DNA from: an uncultured bacterium
GTDB taxonomy: Bacteria; Actinomycetota; Geothermincolia; Geothermincolales; Geothermincolaceae
NCBI GenBank assembly: GCA_963765625.1
Contig: CAVXXD010000012.1
Coordinates: 207,491-271,490 of the forward strand
Direction of reading: 5' to 3'
Length of the DNA: 64,000 nt
The translations under genes were made by a program, and so were the position numbers. The notes beneath the pieces are model-generated. The model was not told the DNA's origin and made no database searches. It saw only the letters and a list, made by a program, of their open reading frames with translations. Below, one piece after another: positions 1 to 8,254 of the stretch (position 1 is the stretch's first letter; every line of letters starts with the position of its first letter).

Positions 1-139
1 GATGCGAAGATCCCGCTTTGGTCAGCCATGCATATATTATACATGGTGTAAGATAACTATGGAGAACCTGTCCCCTGACATTGAAGGCGGTCTATCTCTC
101 CATTAACATTGGGGATAACGGATTATGGAGGAGGATCGA

Positions 140-3127
140 ATGATCTCAAAAGAATTCAAGAGGCTGACCCTTATGAGGCTGTCCCTGGCGGTGCTGTGCG
201 TGCTGGTTGCCGCCATCTTGACGGCGGCCTTCCTGCCGGTGACGGCGGGCGCGGAACGGCAGTCCCAGCCGGGGACAGCGGCGCCCAAGACGGCGGAGGA
301 GCACGGCATGGGCTGGAAGCGTACGCCCCCCGGCCAGTACGAGCAGTACGTGATCGACACCACCGACCGGCAGTTCAAGGCATCAGTGGACCTCTCCTCC
401 CAGATGCCCCCGGTGGGCGACCAGGACGGGCTGAGCTCCTGTGTAGCCTGGTCCACCGGTTATTACTACAAGAGCTGGCAGGAGAAGCAGGAGCACACCA
501 CCTGGGACCTCACCCAGGCCGAGTACCAGGCCAGCCCGGCCTTCGTCTACAACCTGGGCAACGGTGGAGATGACGAGGGTATGAACTTCGATGAGGCCTT
601 CGACGTTCTGCAGCGGAAGGGGTCGGTGGACATGGCGGAGTTCCCCTTCGTCGACGGCGACTACACCACCCAACCCACCGCCGCCCAGAAGCAGGCGGCC
701 CTGCCCTACCGTATCGCCGGCAACTGGTCCTACATCTTCTACCAGCCGGACTGGCCGCCCTACAACGACGGGCTGACCAACGACCTCGCGCCCCTCAAGG
801 CCCAGCTCGACTCGGGCGAGCCCTTCGTCATGGGGTTCGACGTCTATGGCGACTTTCCGGATTCCGGTCCGGGCTCTCCCGACGAGAATCCTTACTATGA
901 CTACGACGGCACCTCGGAAAGCACCGGCCTCCACGCCATGTGCGTGGTCGGCTACGACGACAACGCCAACCCCACGGGTGGTGACGACGACCACAAGGGC
1001 GGCTTCCTGGCCGTCAACTCCTGGGGGGCGGACTGGAACGGTGCCAGCGCCGGCTACGTATATTTCAGTTACGACTTCATGAAGCACTACGCCATGGAGG
1101 CCTGGCAGATGGACGACAGCACCACACCGGACACCCCCCATATCAACTCCATCACTCCCGACACCGGCGGCCCCGGCACCAGTGTCCGGATCGACGGCTA
1201 CAACTTCGGCACCGACCGCCGCGCCTCCAAGGTGACCATCAACGGCACCGAAGCCGTGGTCAATTCGTGGACCAACGCGCAGATCACCGTGACCGTGCCC
1301 GACCCCGTCATCAGCGGGCCGCTGGTCGTATATGACTGGGAAGGCAACGCTTCCAATTCCGCGGCCTTCCACGGCGCTCCCGTCCTTACCTCCCTCGACA
1401 AGAGCGAGGGTGTAACCGGCGAGACGGTGACCTTGACCGGCAGCCAGTTCGGCACTTCCCGGGGGACCTCCTATGTCTCCTTCGGCTCCGCCCGGGCCGA
1501 TACCTACACCCAGTGGACGGAGACCACCATAACCTGCGAGGTGCCACCCTCCGCCGGCGGCCTGGTCGATGTGGTCGTGACCACGGCGGGGGGGACCTCC
1601 GGGAGCCTGCCATTTTCGGTCGTTCCAACCCTGGACGCCCTGGGGCCGCCGGAAGGGGCGCCGGGCACCGAGGTGACCCTGTATGGCACGGGGTTTGGTA
1701 TCGAGCGTGGTTCTTCCACCGTGATGTTCGACGGGGTGCCGGCTACCGGCTACAACCTCTGGTCCGAGAACGAGATCAAGTGCCTGGCCCCCGAAACCGA
1801 CCCGGGGACAAGGGCGGTGAGCGTGCATACCACCGGCGGCGAATCCTCCGCCATACCTTTCCTCATGAGCCGGCCCGCCGTCATCTGGTACCTGGCGGAA
1901 GGCTCTACGGACGGCGGCATGGAGACCTGGGTGCTGGTACAGAACCCGCAGGGGGAAACGGTGACGGTGAGCCTCACCCTGATGACCGACACGGGTGAGC
2001 AGTCACCCGCGACCCTGCAGGACGTGGCCATCGCGGGCAATTCCCGCATGACCTTCAACCTCAACTCCTACGTCACCACCTTTAACGTCTCCACCCGGGT
2101 GGAAGCGAGCGACAACGTGGTCTGCGAGCGTGCCATGTACGGCAACAACCGCGCCTGGGCTCACGAGTCCGTCGGCGTTACCGCGACTTCTTCCACCTGG
2201 TTCCTGGCCGAGGGCTGCACGGACGGTGGCATGGAGACCTGGGTGCTGGTGCAGAACCCCAATGTCTTCGACGTCACCGTCACCCTGGAACTGCAGGACG
2301 TGGCCAGCGGGGGGGCGGTCATCGCCGACGTGCTCATCGCCGCAGGCTCCCGCCGCTCCTTCAACCTGGGTGATTCCCTCACCACCTATAGCGTTTCCAC
2401 CATGGTCGCCTCGCGGGGCGGCAACGTGGTCTGCGAGCGGGCCATGTACGGCAACGGCCGGGCCTGGGCCCACGATTCGGCCGGCGCCAGGACGGCCTCC
2501 GACACCTGGTACCTGGCCGAGGGTTGCACCGACGGCGGTTTCGAGACCTGGGTACTGGTGCAGAACCCGGGGACCGTACCGGTGGAAGTGGACCTGGAAC
2601 TCCAGACCGACCAGGGGAGCCAGACGCCGGCCGGCCTGCAGGGCGTGACCATCGCCCCGCGGACCCGGCAGTCCTTCAGCCTCGGGGACTACGTCACCAC
2701 CTACAACGTCTCCACGCGGGTCACCTCCACCGGGGGCGGGGTGGTCTGCGAGCGGGCCATGTACGGCAACGATCGCGCCTGGGCCCACGAGTCGGTGGGG
2801 GCATCCGCTCCCGCCTCGACCTGGCTGATGGCCGAAGGCTGCACGGCCGGCGGCATGGAGACCTGGGTCCTGGTGCAGAACCCCAACGCCGCGGAAGTCA
2901 CGGCTACCTTCACCCTGATGACCGACCAGGGCCCCGTTTATCCACCTGGCCTGACCGGGGTGACCATCGACGGAAACTCGCGCCGCTCTTTCAACCTGGG
3001 GTTCTACGCCGCGACCTACAACGTCAGCACCATGGTGGTCACCACCGGCGGCGACGTGGTCTGCGAGCGGGCCATGTACGGCAACAACCGCACCTGGGCC
3101 CACGACTCCGTGGGTTACGCCCCCTGA
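140..3127 (+). CDS. Secreted multidomain protein: signal peptide, papain-like (C1) cysteine peptidase domain, 4 IPT/TIG domains, then 4 tandem copies of an unnamed ~105-aa repeat
   Basis: ORF 125..3127 (1000 aa). RBS GGAGGAGG lies just before the ATG at 140. Hydrophobic N-terminus. Active-site-like Cys motif GLSSCVAWS and His motif HAMCVVGYDD...AVNSWG. IPT-like ITPDTGGPGT..IDGYNFG repeats. C-terminal repeats read YLAEG.TDGG.ETWVLVQNP...NSR.SFNL...YNVST...VVCERAMYGN.RAWAHDSVG. Confidence 0.8.
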   Translation: MISKEFKRLTLMRLSLAVLCVLVAAILTAAFLPVTAGAERQSQPGTAAPKTAEEHGMGWKRTPPGQYEQYVIDTTDRQFKASVDLSSQMPPVGDQDGLSSCVAWSTGYYYKSWQEKQEHTTWDLTQAEYQASPAFVYNLGNGGDDEGMNFDEAFDVLQRKGSVDMAEFPFVDGDYTTQPTAAQKQAALPYRIAGNWSYIFYQPDWPPYNDGLTNDLAPLKAQLDSGEPFVMGFDVYGDFPDSGPGSPDENPYYDYDGTSESTGLHAMCVVGYDDNANPTGGDDDHKGGFLAVNSWGADWNGASAGYVYFSYDFMKHYAMEAWQMDDSTTPDTPHINSITPDTGGPGTSVRIDGYNFGTDRRASKVTINGTEAVVNSWTNAQITVTVPDPVISGPLVVYDWEGNASNSAAFHGAPVLTSLDKSEGVTGETVTLTGSQFGTSRGTSYVSFGSARADTYTQWTETTITCEVPPSAGGLVDVVVTTAGGTSGSLPFSVVPTLDALGPPEGAPGTEVTLYGTGFGIERGSSTVMFDGVPATGYNLWSENEIKCLAPETDPGTRAVSVHTTGGESSAIPFLMSRPAVIWYLAEGSTDGGMETWVLVQNPQGETVTVSLTLMTDTGEQSPATLQDVAIAGNSRMTFNLNSYVTTFNVSTRVEASDNVVCERAMYGNNRAWAHESVGVTATSSTWFLAEGCTDGGMETWVLVQNPNVFDVTVTLELQDVASGGAVIADVLIAAGSRRSFNLGDSLTTYSVSTMVASRGGNVVCERAMYGNGRAWAHDSAGARTASDTWYLAEGCTDGGFETWVLVQNPGTVPVEVDLELQTDQGSQTPAGLQGVTIAPRTRQSFSLGDYVTTYNVSTRVTSTGGGVVCERAMYGNDRAWAHESVGASAPASTWLMAEGCTAGGMETWVLVQNPNAAEVTATFTLMTDQGPVYPPGLTGVTIDGNSRRSFNLGFYAATYNVSTMVVTTGGDVVCERAMYGNNRTWAHDSVGYAP

Positions 3128-3159
3128 ACTGAAATCGGGGTCAGACCCCGATTTCAGTT
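3127..3159. repeat. REP-like palindromic hairpin, core GGGGTCAGACCCC, between convergent genes; likely bidirectional terminator
   Basis: Perfect palindrome aactgaaatcggggtc-a-gaccccgatttcagtt starting at the stop codon of the upstream gene. Related copies at 7310..7408 and 14971..15011. Confidence 0.6.
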
Positions 3160-3164
3160 TGACG

Positions 3165-4730
3165 CTATCTGCCCAGCTTCAGCCGGGCCCCCACCAGCAG
3201 GGAGACGATGCGGCCGGAGATGATGGCCGAAGGCGCCCCTCCCGGGGTCATGGCCCAGTGCCCTACCTGGTAGAGGTTCTTCACCGGGGTGAGGAAACCG
3301 GTCATGGGCATGAAGTGACGGAAGAAGCCCTTGCGGGGATGGTAAGTCCATCCCACCGTGGTGCCCCCGGCGTTGAGGGTGTAGCGCTCGTGGGTGTAGG
3401 GGGTGGCGGTCAGCTTCACTTCGATGTGCTCGGCCAGGCCCGGGACGATCCGGCCGGCCCGCTCGATGAGCAGCTCCGCGCACTCTTCTTTCAGTTTCTC
3501 GTAGTCGGGCCCGGGCTTGCCGTCGACGACGCCCCAGGAGGCGGTATCCGGGTCGGCCATGGAGTGGATGACCATGGCGCTCTTGCCGGGAGGGGCCAGG
3601 GAGGGGTCGTGCAGGGAGGGCACGGATATCTCCATGAAGGAATAGCGGTACATCTCCGGCAGCTTCTCCCAGTCCCGGTCCTCCGGCTCCATCTCCGGAT
3701 AGACCAGCAGGTGATGACAGCCCATGGTTTCCAGCTCGTGCGGGGGTATGTCCAGGCCCAGGAAAACAGTAAAGGCCGACTCGGCCAGCTCGGCCGCCTC
3801 CAGGCGCTGGTGGAAACGCCCAGGCACGGCGGAAGGCGGCAGCATCTTGGCATAGGCGCGCCGGGCGTCCCCGCCGTTAATAACGAAGGGGGCGCGGAAA
3901 GAGCGTCCGTCGGACAGGCGCACACCACAGGCCTGCTTGCCTTCAAGCATGATCTCATCCACCAGGGCTTTGTACTCTATGCGGCCGCCCCGCTCTTCGA
4001 TAAAGGCCGCCAGGGTGTCGGGCATGGCCTGCACACCACCTTCGGAGTAGTAATAGTCGAGGAAGTAGCTGACGAAGGAGAGGCCGAAAGAGGCGGGGGT
4101 GCCGCGGTAGGAGACCATGCCCAGGATGCGCTTGAGCTCCGGTGAGGTCAGCCGGCTGTCGAAGTAATCTTCCATGGGGGTGTTGACGTACTTGAGGAAG
4201 CGGGGGAAGTACTTGAGCGACCGCCCTTGTCTGACCGCCCAGCCAGGGAAGCCCAACATCACTTTCCACATGGGCATGAGCATGGGGTTGGGCATGGTGC
4301 TGAAGCATTCCACGGCGCGGCTGAAGTCCACAGCGTCGCGGCTGATATCCGCCAGGGCTGCCGCGTCGGCCGGGAAGCGTTTGGCCAGCGCTTCGTAGAT
4401 AACGGCGATGTCGGGTATGCTGACCACCGGGGCCCGGAAGTCCCCCATGCACGCGCCGTAGCGGCTCTTGTGGAAATGGATCCGCTTGTCCAGGCCCAGC
4501 TGCCGGAACATGTTAAGCAGCATGCCAGCGTCCTCCGAGCCCTGGATGCCTCCGTCGAACACGTAGCCTTTGTGCTTGAAAGAAGTGAAGTAGCCGCCGG
4601 GCTGGTGGTGTTGCTCGAACATAAGCACTCTGACGCCCTGCTTTGCCAGGTAGGCCCCGGTCGCCAGGCCTCCCAGGCCGGCTCCGATGATAATGGCATC
4701 CGCGTCGCGGTCTCCCTTTATAGCGCCCAT
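3165..4730 (-). CDS. FAD/NAD(P)-binding oxidoreductase, phytoene-desaturase (CrtI-like) family
   Basis: ORF 3165..4970. Real start is probably the ATG at 4730 with RBS GGAGGAAATG; the longer N-terminal extension is a shadow of the MFS gene start. Rossmann motif IIGAGLGGLATGAYLAKQG. Confidence 0.7.
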   Translation of the reverse strand: MGAIKGDRDADAIIIGAGLGGLATGAYLAKQGVRVLMFEQHHQPGGYFTSFKHKGYVFDGGIQGSEDAGMLLNMFRQLGLDKRIHFHKSRYGACMGDFRAPVVSIPDIAVIYEALAKRFPADAAALADISRDAVDFSRAVECFSTMPNPMLMPMWKVMLGFPGWAVRQGRSLKYFPRFLKYVNTPMEDYFDSRLTSPELKRILGMVSYRGTPASFGLSFVSYFLDYYYSEGGVQAMPDTLAAFIEERGGRIEYKALVDEIMLEGKQACGVRLSDGRSFRAPFVINGGDARRAYAKMLPPSAVPGRFHQRLEAAELAESAFTVFLGLDIPPHELETMGCHHLLVYPEMEPEDRDWEKLPEMYRYSFMEISVPSLHDPSLAPPGKSAMVIHSMADPDTASWGVVDGKPGPDYEKLKEECAELLIERAGRIVPGLAEHIEVKLTATPYTHERYTLNAGGTTVGWTYHPRKGFFRHFMPMTGFLTPVKNLYQVGHWAMTPGGAPSAIISGRIVSLLVGARLKLGR

Positions 4731-4863
4731 TTCCTCCACGTCCTTTCGTTGTGGTAAGTAGAAATGACCAAACAGTAATAATATACTTTCTGATACTTCA
4801 CATGTAAAGACGGCCAGGCAGGATGTATAATTCTTAGCGATCCTAAGTAAGGGAGGGACGTTA

Positions 4864-6588
4864 ATGGAACAGGTTGAGCCGAAAGAGACACAAGAAAAGA
4901 TGAGCGCGCTGCGCAAGTGGGCCCCGTTATCCGTCCTGGCTCTCTCCCTGGCCATCATCCTCATCGACATGACCCTGCTGAACGTGTCTCTCTCCTACAT
5001 CATCCAGGACCTGGACACCACCATCCAGAAGATCCAGTGGGTGATCACCGCCTACTCCCTGACCATCGCCATGTTGATGATCACCGGCGGCCGGCTGGGG
5101 GACCTCTACGGCCGCAAGAAGATGTTCGTGCTGGGTGCCTTCATCTTCGCGGTAGGCTCCCTCATCTGTTCCTTCAGCCGGAACGTGCCCACCATGATCA
5201 TCGGGGAATCGATTATCGAGGGTATCGGCGCGGCCCTGATGATGCCGGCCACCATGTCCCTGCTGGTCTCCACCTACCGCGGACGCGACCGCGCCCTGGC
5301 CTTCGGTATCTGGGGCGGCGTAGCCGGGGCGTCCACCGCCATCGGCCCCCTGCTGGGCGGCTGGATCACTACGAACTACAGCTGGCGCTGGGCCTTCCGC
5401 ATCAACGTAGTCGTAGCGGCGGTGCTGATAGCCGGTTCTTTCATCATCAAGGAGTCGCGCGACCTGGAGGAAAAGCCGCAGCTGGACTGGCTGGGCGTCA
5501 TCTTATCCTCCGGCGGCATGTTCTTCCTGATCTGGGGGATCATCGAGTCCTCCACTTACGGCTGGGTCAAGGCCAACGAGCCCTTCACCCTGTTCGGCTG
5601 GACCTTCGGGACCGTTTCCATCTGCTTCTGCTCCATGGTCCTGGGCCTGGTGATTCTGGCGGGGTTCGTCCTGTGGGAACGCCGCAGGGAGAGGGGGTGC
5701 TGCACCCCGCTCGTCTCCATGAAGCTTTTCCGCAACAACCAGTTCGTCTCGGGCGCTTCCATAACCGGCATCGTAGCCATGGGCCAGGCCGGCCTGATCT
5801 TCTCGCTGCCCGTCTTCCTCCAGGCGGTGCGGGGATACGACGCCTTCCACACCGGGCTGGCGCTACTTCCCATGTCTATCGGGTCGCTGATAGCCGCCCC
5901 CGCCGCGGGGGTCTGGAGCAACCGCGTGGGCTCCAAGCTGCCGGTGCAGACCGGTCTGCTGGTAGGCCTGGCCGGGTTCGTCTTCCAGTTAGCGATATGG
6001 GACGTCAACTCCACCACGTCCAGCTTCATCCCCGGGCTTTTCATTCTGGGTGTGGGCATCGGGATGTTGATGGGGCAGATCAACAACCTCACCCTGTCGG
6101 CCGTTTCGGTGGAGCAGTCGGGAGAGGCCTCCGGCGTCAACAACACCTTCCGCCAGACGGGCATGACCCTGGGGACGGCCATCATCGGCACGTTGATCAT
6201 CGCCTCCATCTCTTCCGGCATGATCAGCGGGGTCCAGGAGAGCACGGTCATCCCCGAGCCGTTCAAGGCCAACGTGGAGGACGCGGTGCGCGAGCAGGTC
6301 TCCAACATCGAATTCGGGGGCGGCGCTGAACTCGACAGCAGCATCCCCACCCAGATCAAGGACGAGATCGTGAGCATCGGCCACCAGTCGATCACCGATG
6401 CCAACCGCATGGCCATCATCTTTGCCGCCTGCTTCTGGCTGCTGGCCTTCTTCCTGTCCTTCCTGCTGCCGTCGCGCCGCAAGCAGGTTGAGGTCCACGG
6501 CGAGAGCATCGCCGTCCATGGCCCTCCGGGCAGAAAGCTCGCCGAACCTACCCTGGAGCCGGTCCCGGTCCGGGGCGAACCCGACTGA
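4864..6588 (+). CDS. MFS transporter, DHA2 (EmrB/QacA-like, 14-TMS) family
   Basis: 574-aa ORF with multiple hydrophobic helices. N-terminal LSVLALSLAIILIDMTLLNVSL and GGRLGDLYGRKK motifs are typical of DHA2 drug exporters. Confidence 0.75.
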   Translation: MEQVEPKETQEKMSALRKWAPLSVLALSLAIILIDMTLLNVSLSYIIQDLDTTIQKIQWVITAYSLTIAMLMITGGRLGDLYGRKKMFVLGAFIFAVGSLICSFSRNVPTMIIGESIIEGIGAALMMPATMSLLVSTYRGRDRALAFGIWGGVAGASTAIGPLLGGWITTNYSWRWAFRINVVVAAVLIAGSFIIKESRDLEEKPQLDWLGVILSSGGMFFLIWGIIESSTYGWVKANEPFTLFGWTFGTVSICFCSMVLGLVILAGFVLWERRRERGCCTPLVSMKLFRNNQFVSGASITGIVAMGQAGLIFSLPVFLQAVRGYDAFHTGLALLPMSIGSLIAAPAAGVWSNRVGSKLPVQTGLLVGLAGFVFQLAIWDVNSTTSSFIPGLFILGVGIGMLMGQINNLTLSAVSVEQSGEASGVNNTFRQTGMTLGTAIIGTLIIASISSGMISGVQESTVIPEPFKANVEDAVREQVSNIEFGGGAELDSSIPTQIKDEIVSIGHQSITDANRMAIIFAACFWLLAFFLSFLLPSRRKQVEVHGESIAVHGPPGRKLAEPTLEPVPVRGEPD

Positions 6589-6612
6589 CGGGAGTCATAA
6601 AGCCTGACCCTA

Positions 6613-6927
6613 TCAGTCCAGGTCGAGGGCAAAACGGATCGCGCGGGAAACCGAGGCCATCTTCTCCGGCGAGAGAAAGGTCACTTTTTCCTCCAGGCAT
6701 GACCGGGGAATGGTGAGGATATCATCCAGGTTTACAACGCAACGCGCCGGCATGCCGTCCTCCAGGCCCAGGGGAACCTCCACCGGGATGTCCCTGATGG
6801 TCCGGGTGATCAACCCCACGGTGACGGATGTGCGTACGCGGTAAGCGGCATTTCGCGACAACAGCAGCACCGGCCTCCGGCCGGCCGGGGCCGGCAGGTC
6901 GGTCCACCAGACTTCCCCCCTCCGCAT
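6613..6927 (-). CDS. mazF: Type II toxin, MazF/PemK family mRNA interferase
   Basis: 104 aa. N-terminus RGEVWWTDL with PAGRRPVLLLSRN, characteristic of PemK/MazF. Start overlaps the upstream antitoxin gene. Confidence 0.75.
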   Translation of the reverse strand: MRRGEVWWTDLPAPAGRRPVLLLSRNAAYRVRTSVTVGLITRTIRDIPVEVPLGLEDGMPARCVVNLDDILTIPRSCLEEKVTFLSPEKMASVSRAIRFALDLD

Positions 6928-6928
6928 T

Positions 6929-7180
6929 TCACCACTTCTCCGAGGGAAGGACCTTCCCCGCCAACTTCATCTGGGCCGCCGCGGCTTCCGGCGCTTCGGG
7001 GCAGCGTTCGTAGCCGTTCTGATAAGCACGGTCGAGTTCCTCCTGCTCGGATCTCCTGAGGTACTCGCGGCATGACTCCCGGATCAGCTCGGCCCTTGCG
7101 ATACGCTTCTCCCCACACAACTTGTCCAGGTTCGCCAGGAGTTCCGGGTCCATGGGGACCTGAATGATCCTCTTGGCCAT
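6929..7180 (-). CDS. Type II antitoxin, ribbon-helix-helix (CopG/MazE-like)
   Basis: 83 aa, directly upstream of mazF with a 1-nt gap. RHH-like N-terminus MAKRIIQVPMDPELLANLDKL. AT-rich promoter region at 7196..7260. Confidence 0.65.
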   Translation of the reverse strand: MAKRIIQVPMDPELLANLDKLCGEKRIARAELIRESCREYLRRSEQEELDRAYQNGYERCPEAPEAAAAQMKLAGKVLPSEKW

Positions 7181-7309
7181 TTACCCTCCATTCCACATAA
7201 ACATATATAAAGCATTACACATAATATACCACAATATATAAATGAAAAAGAAATGAAAAAGAGGCCTGTTGCCGTATTCTTCAGGGGCGAACCCGGTTGA
7301 AGCCGCTGA

Positions 7310-7408
7310 GGAAATTTGGGGACAGACCCCTTCTTGAATTTCTCAGAAACTGAAAGTAAAAAGCAACATTCCGGAGAAATTCAAGAAGGGGTCTGACCCC
7401 AAATTTCC
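7310..7408. repeat. 35-bp inverted repeat pair of the GGGGTCAGACCCC palindromic element family, separated by 29 nt
   Basis: ggaaatttggggacagaccccttcttgaatttctc at 7310..7344 is the reverse complement, with 1 mismatch, of gagaaattcaagaaggggtctgaccccaaatttcc at 7374..7408. It ends 2 nt before the usp stop codon. Confidence 0.65.
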
Positions 7409-7410
7409 TG

Positions 7411-8254
7411 TCAGGTCCGTATCAGCAGGACCGGGGCTTCGGCCCGGGTCAGCACCCCGCGCACCGTCTCCGCCAGCTTGTCGTGGAGCAGGCCGCGCCA
7501 GGAGAGGGCGATGATGTCTTCGCTGTTCTCCATGGCGAAACGCAGGGTCACCGTGTCCGGCTTGCCCCGCCGGTGGAAGAGGCGGAGCTGGGCGTCGGGG
7601 TGGAGGTAGGTGTAGAAGCGGTAGAGAAACTCCTCGCTCCAGGCCGGCCAGTCGTACTGGGGATGGTCGAGGTAGCGTGGGCTGGTGAATGCCCCCGACT
7701 TCCATGGGCGGTTTCTTCTTGGCCACCGCGATGTGCAGGATGTCCAGGTCGATCTTCATGTCCTGGGCCAGGCTGAATACCTGCTTGATGACGCAGTCCG
7801 CCAGGGGGGAACCTTCCAGGGGGACCAGCATCCTGGTGGGGCGCCACTCCGGGCCCGGCACTTCGCGCATGGTGGCGCGGATGACCATCACCGGGAAGGT
7901 GGAGCGCTGGATGAGGCTCAAGGCCGTCTGGCCCGCCATGCGCTCGGGGTCGTTGGTCTGGCCCTGGCCGGACATGACGATCATCCATGCGCCGGCCGAA
8001 GTGGCCAGGTCGAGGATGGCCCCAGCCACCTCTCCCTTCACCTGGTGGAAGACGAAGTCTTCTTCCATGGGGGTTATCTGCAGGTAGCGTGCCAGCCGGT
8101 GTTCGGGCATGGGCTGGTCGGTGACGTGCACCACGTGGAGTACCCCTTCCAGGATGCGTGCAAGGGCCCGGGCCGGCCCGAAGGCGGCGGCCGAAGTGAC
8201 GGAACCGTCAAGTGGCAGAACGATAGCCGGACGCTGTCTGGCCTCCACGGTCAA
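7411..8254 (-). CDS. Universal stress protein with tandem Usp domains, interrupted by a 1-nt frameshift near 7700
   Basis: ORF 7343..8254 gives the first Usp domain and then turns to junk. The alternative frame gives SGAFTSPRYLDHPQYDW...LAETVRGVLTRAEAPVLLIRT, a typical Usp C-terminus, ending at stop 7411..7413. Confidence 0.65.

Noticed and set aside
383-3103. Long minus-strand ORFs (383..1828, 2003..3103) and other antisense ORFs inside the 140..3127 gene
   Set aside because: Gly/Arg/Pro-rich translations with no motifs, typical GC-rich shadow ORFs opposite a well-supported multidomain CDS.
4917-6632. ORFs 4917..6329 (+), 5556..6632 (-) and 5989..6519 (-) overlapping the MFS transporter
   Set aside because: Alternative-frame and antisense shadows. 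Their translations are low-complexity and carry no TM periodicity or domain motifs, whereas the MFS frame is coherent.
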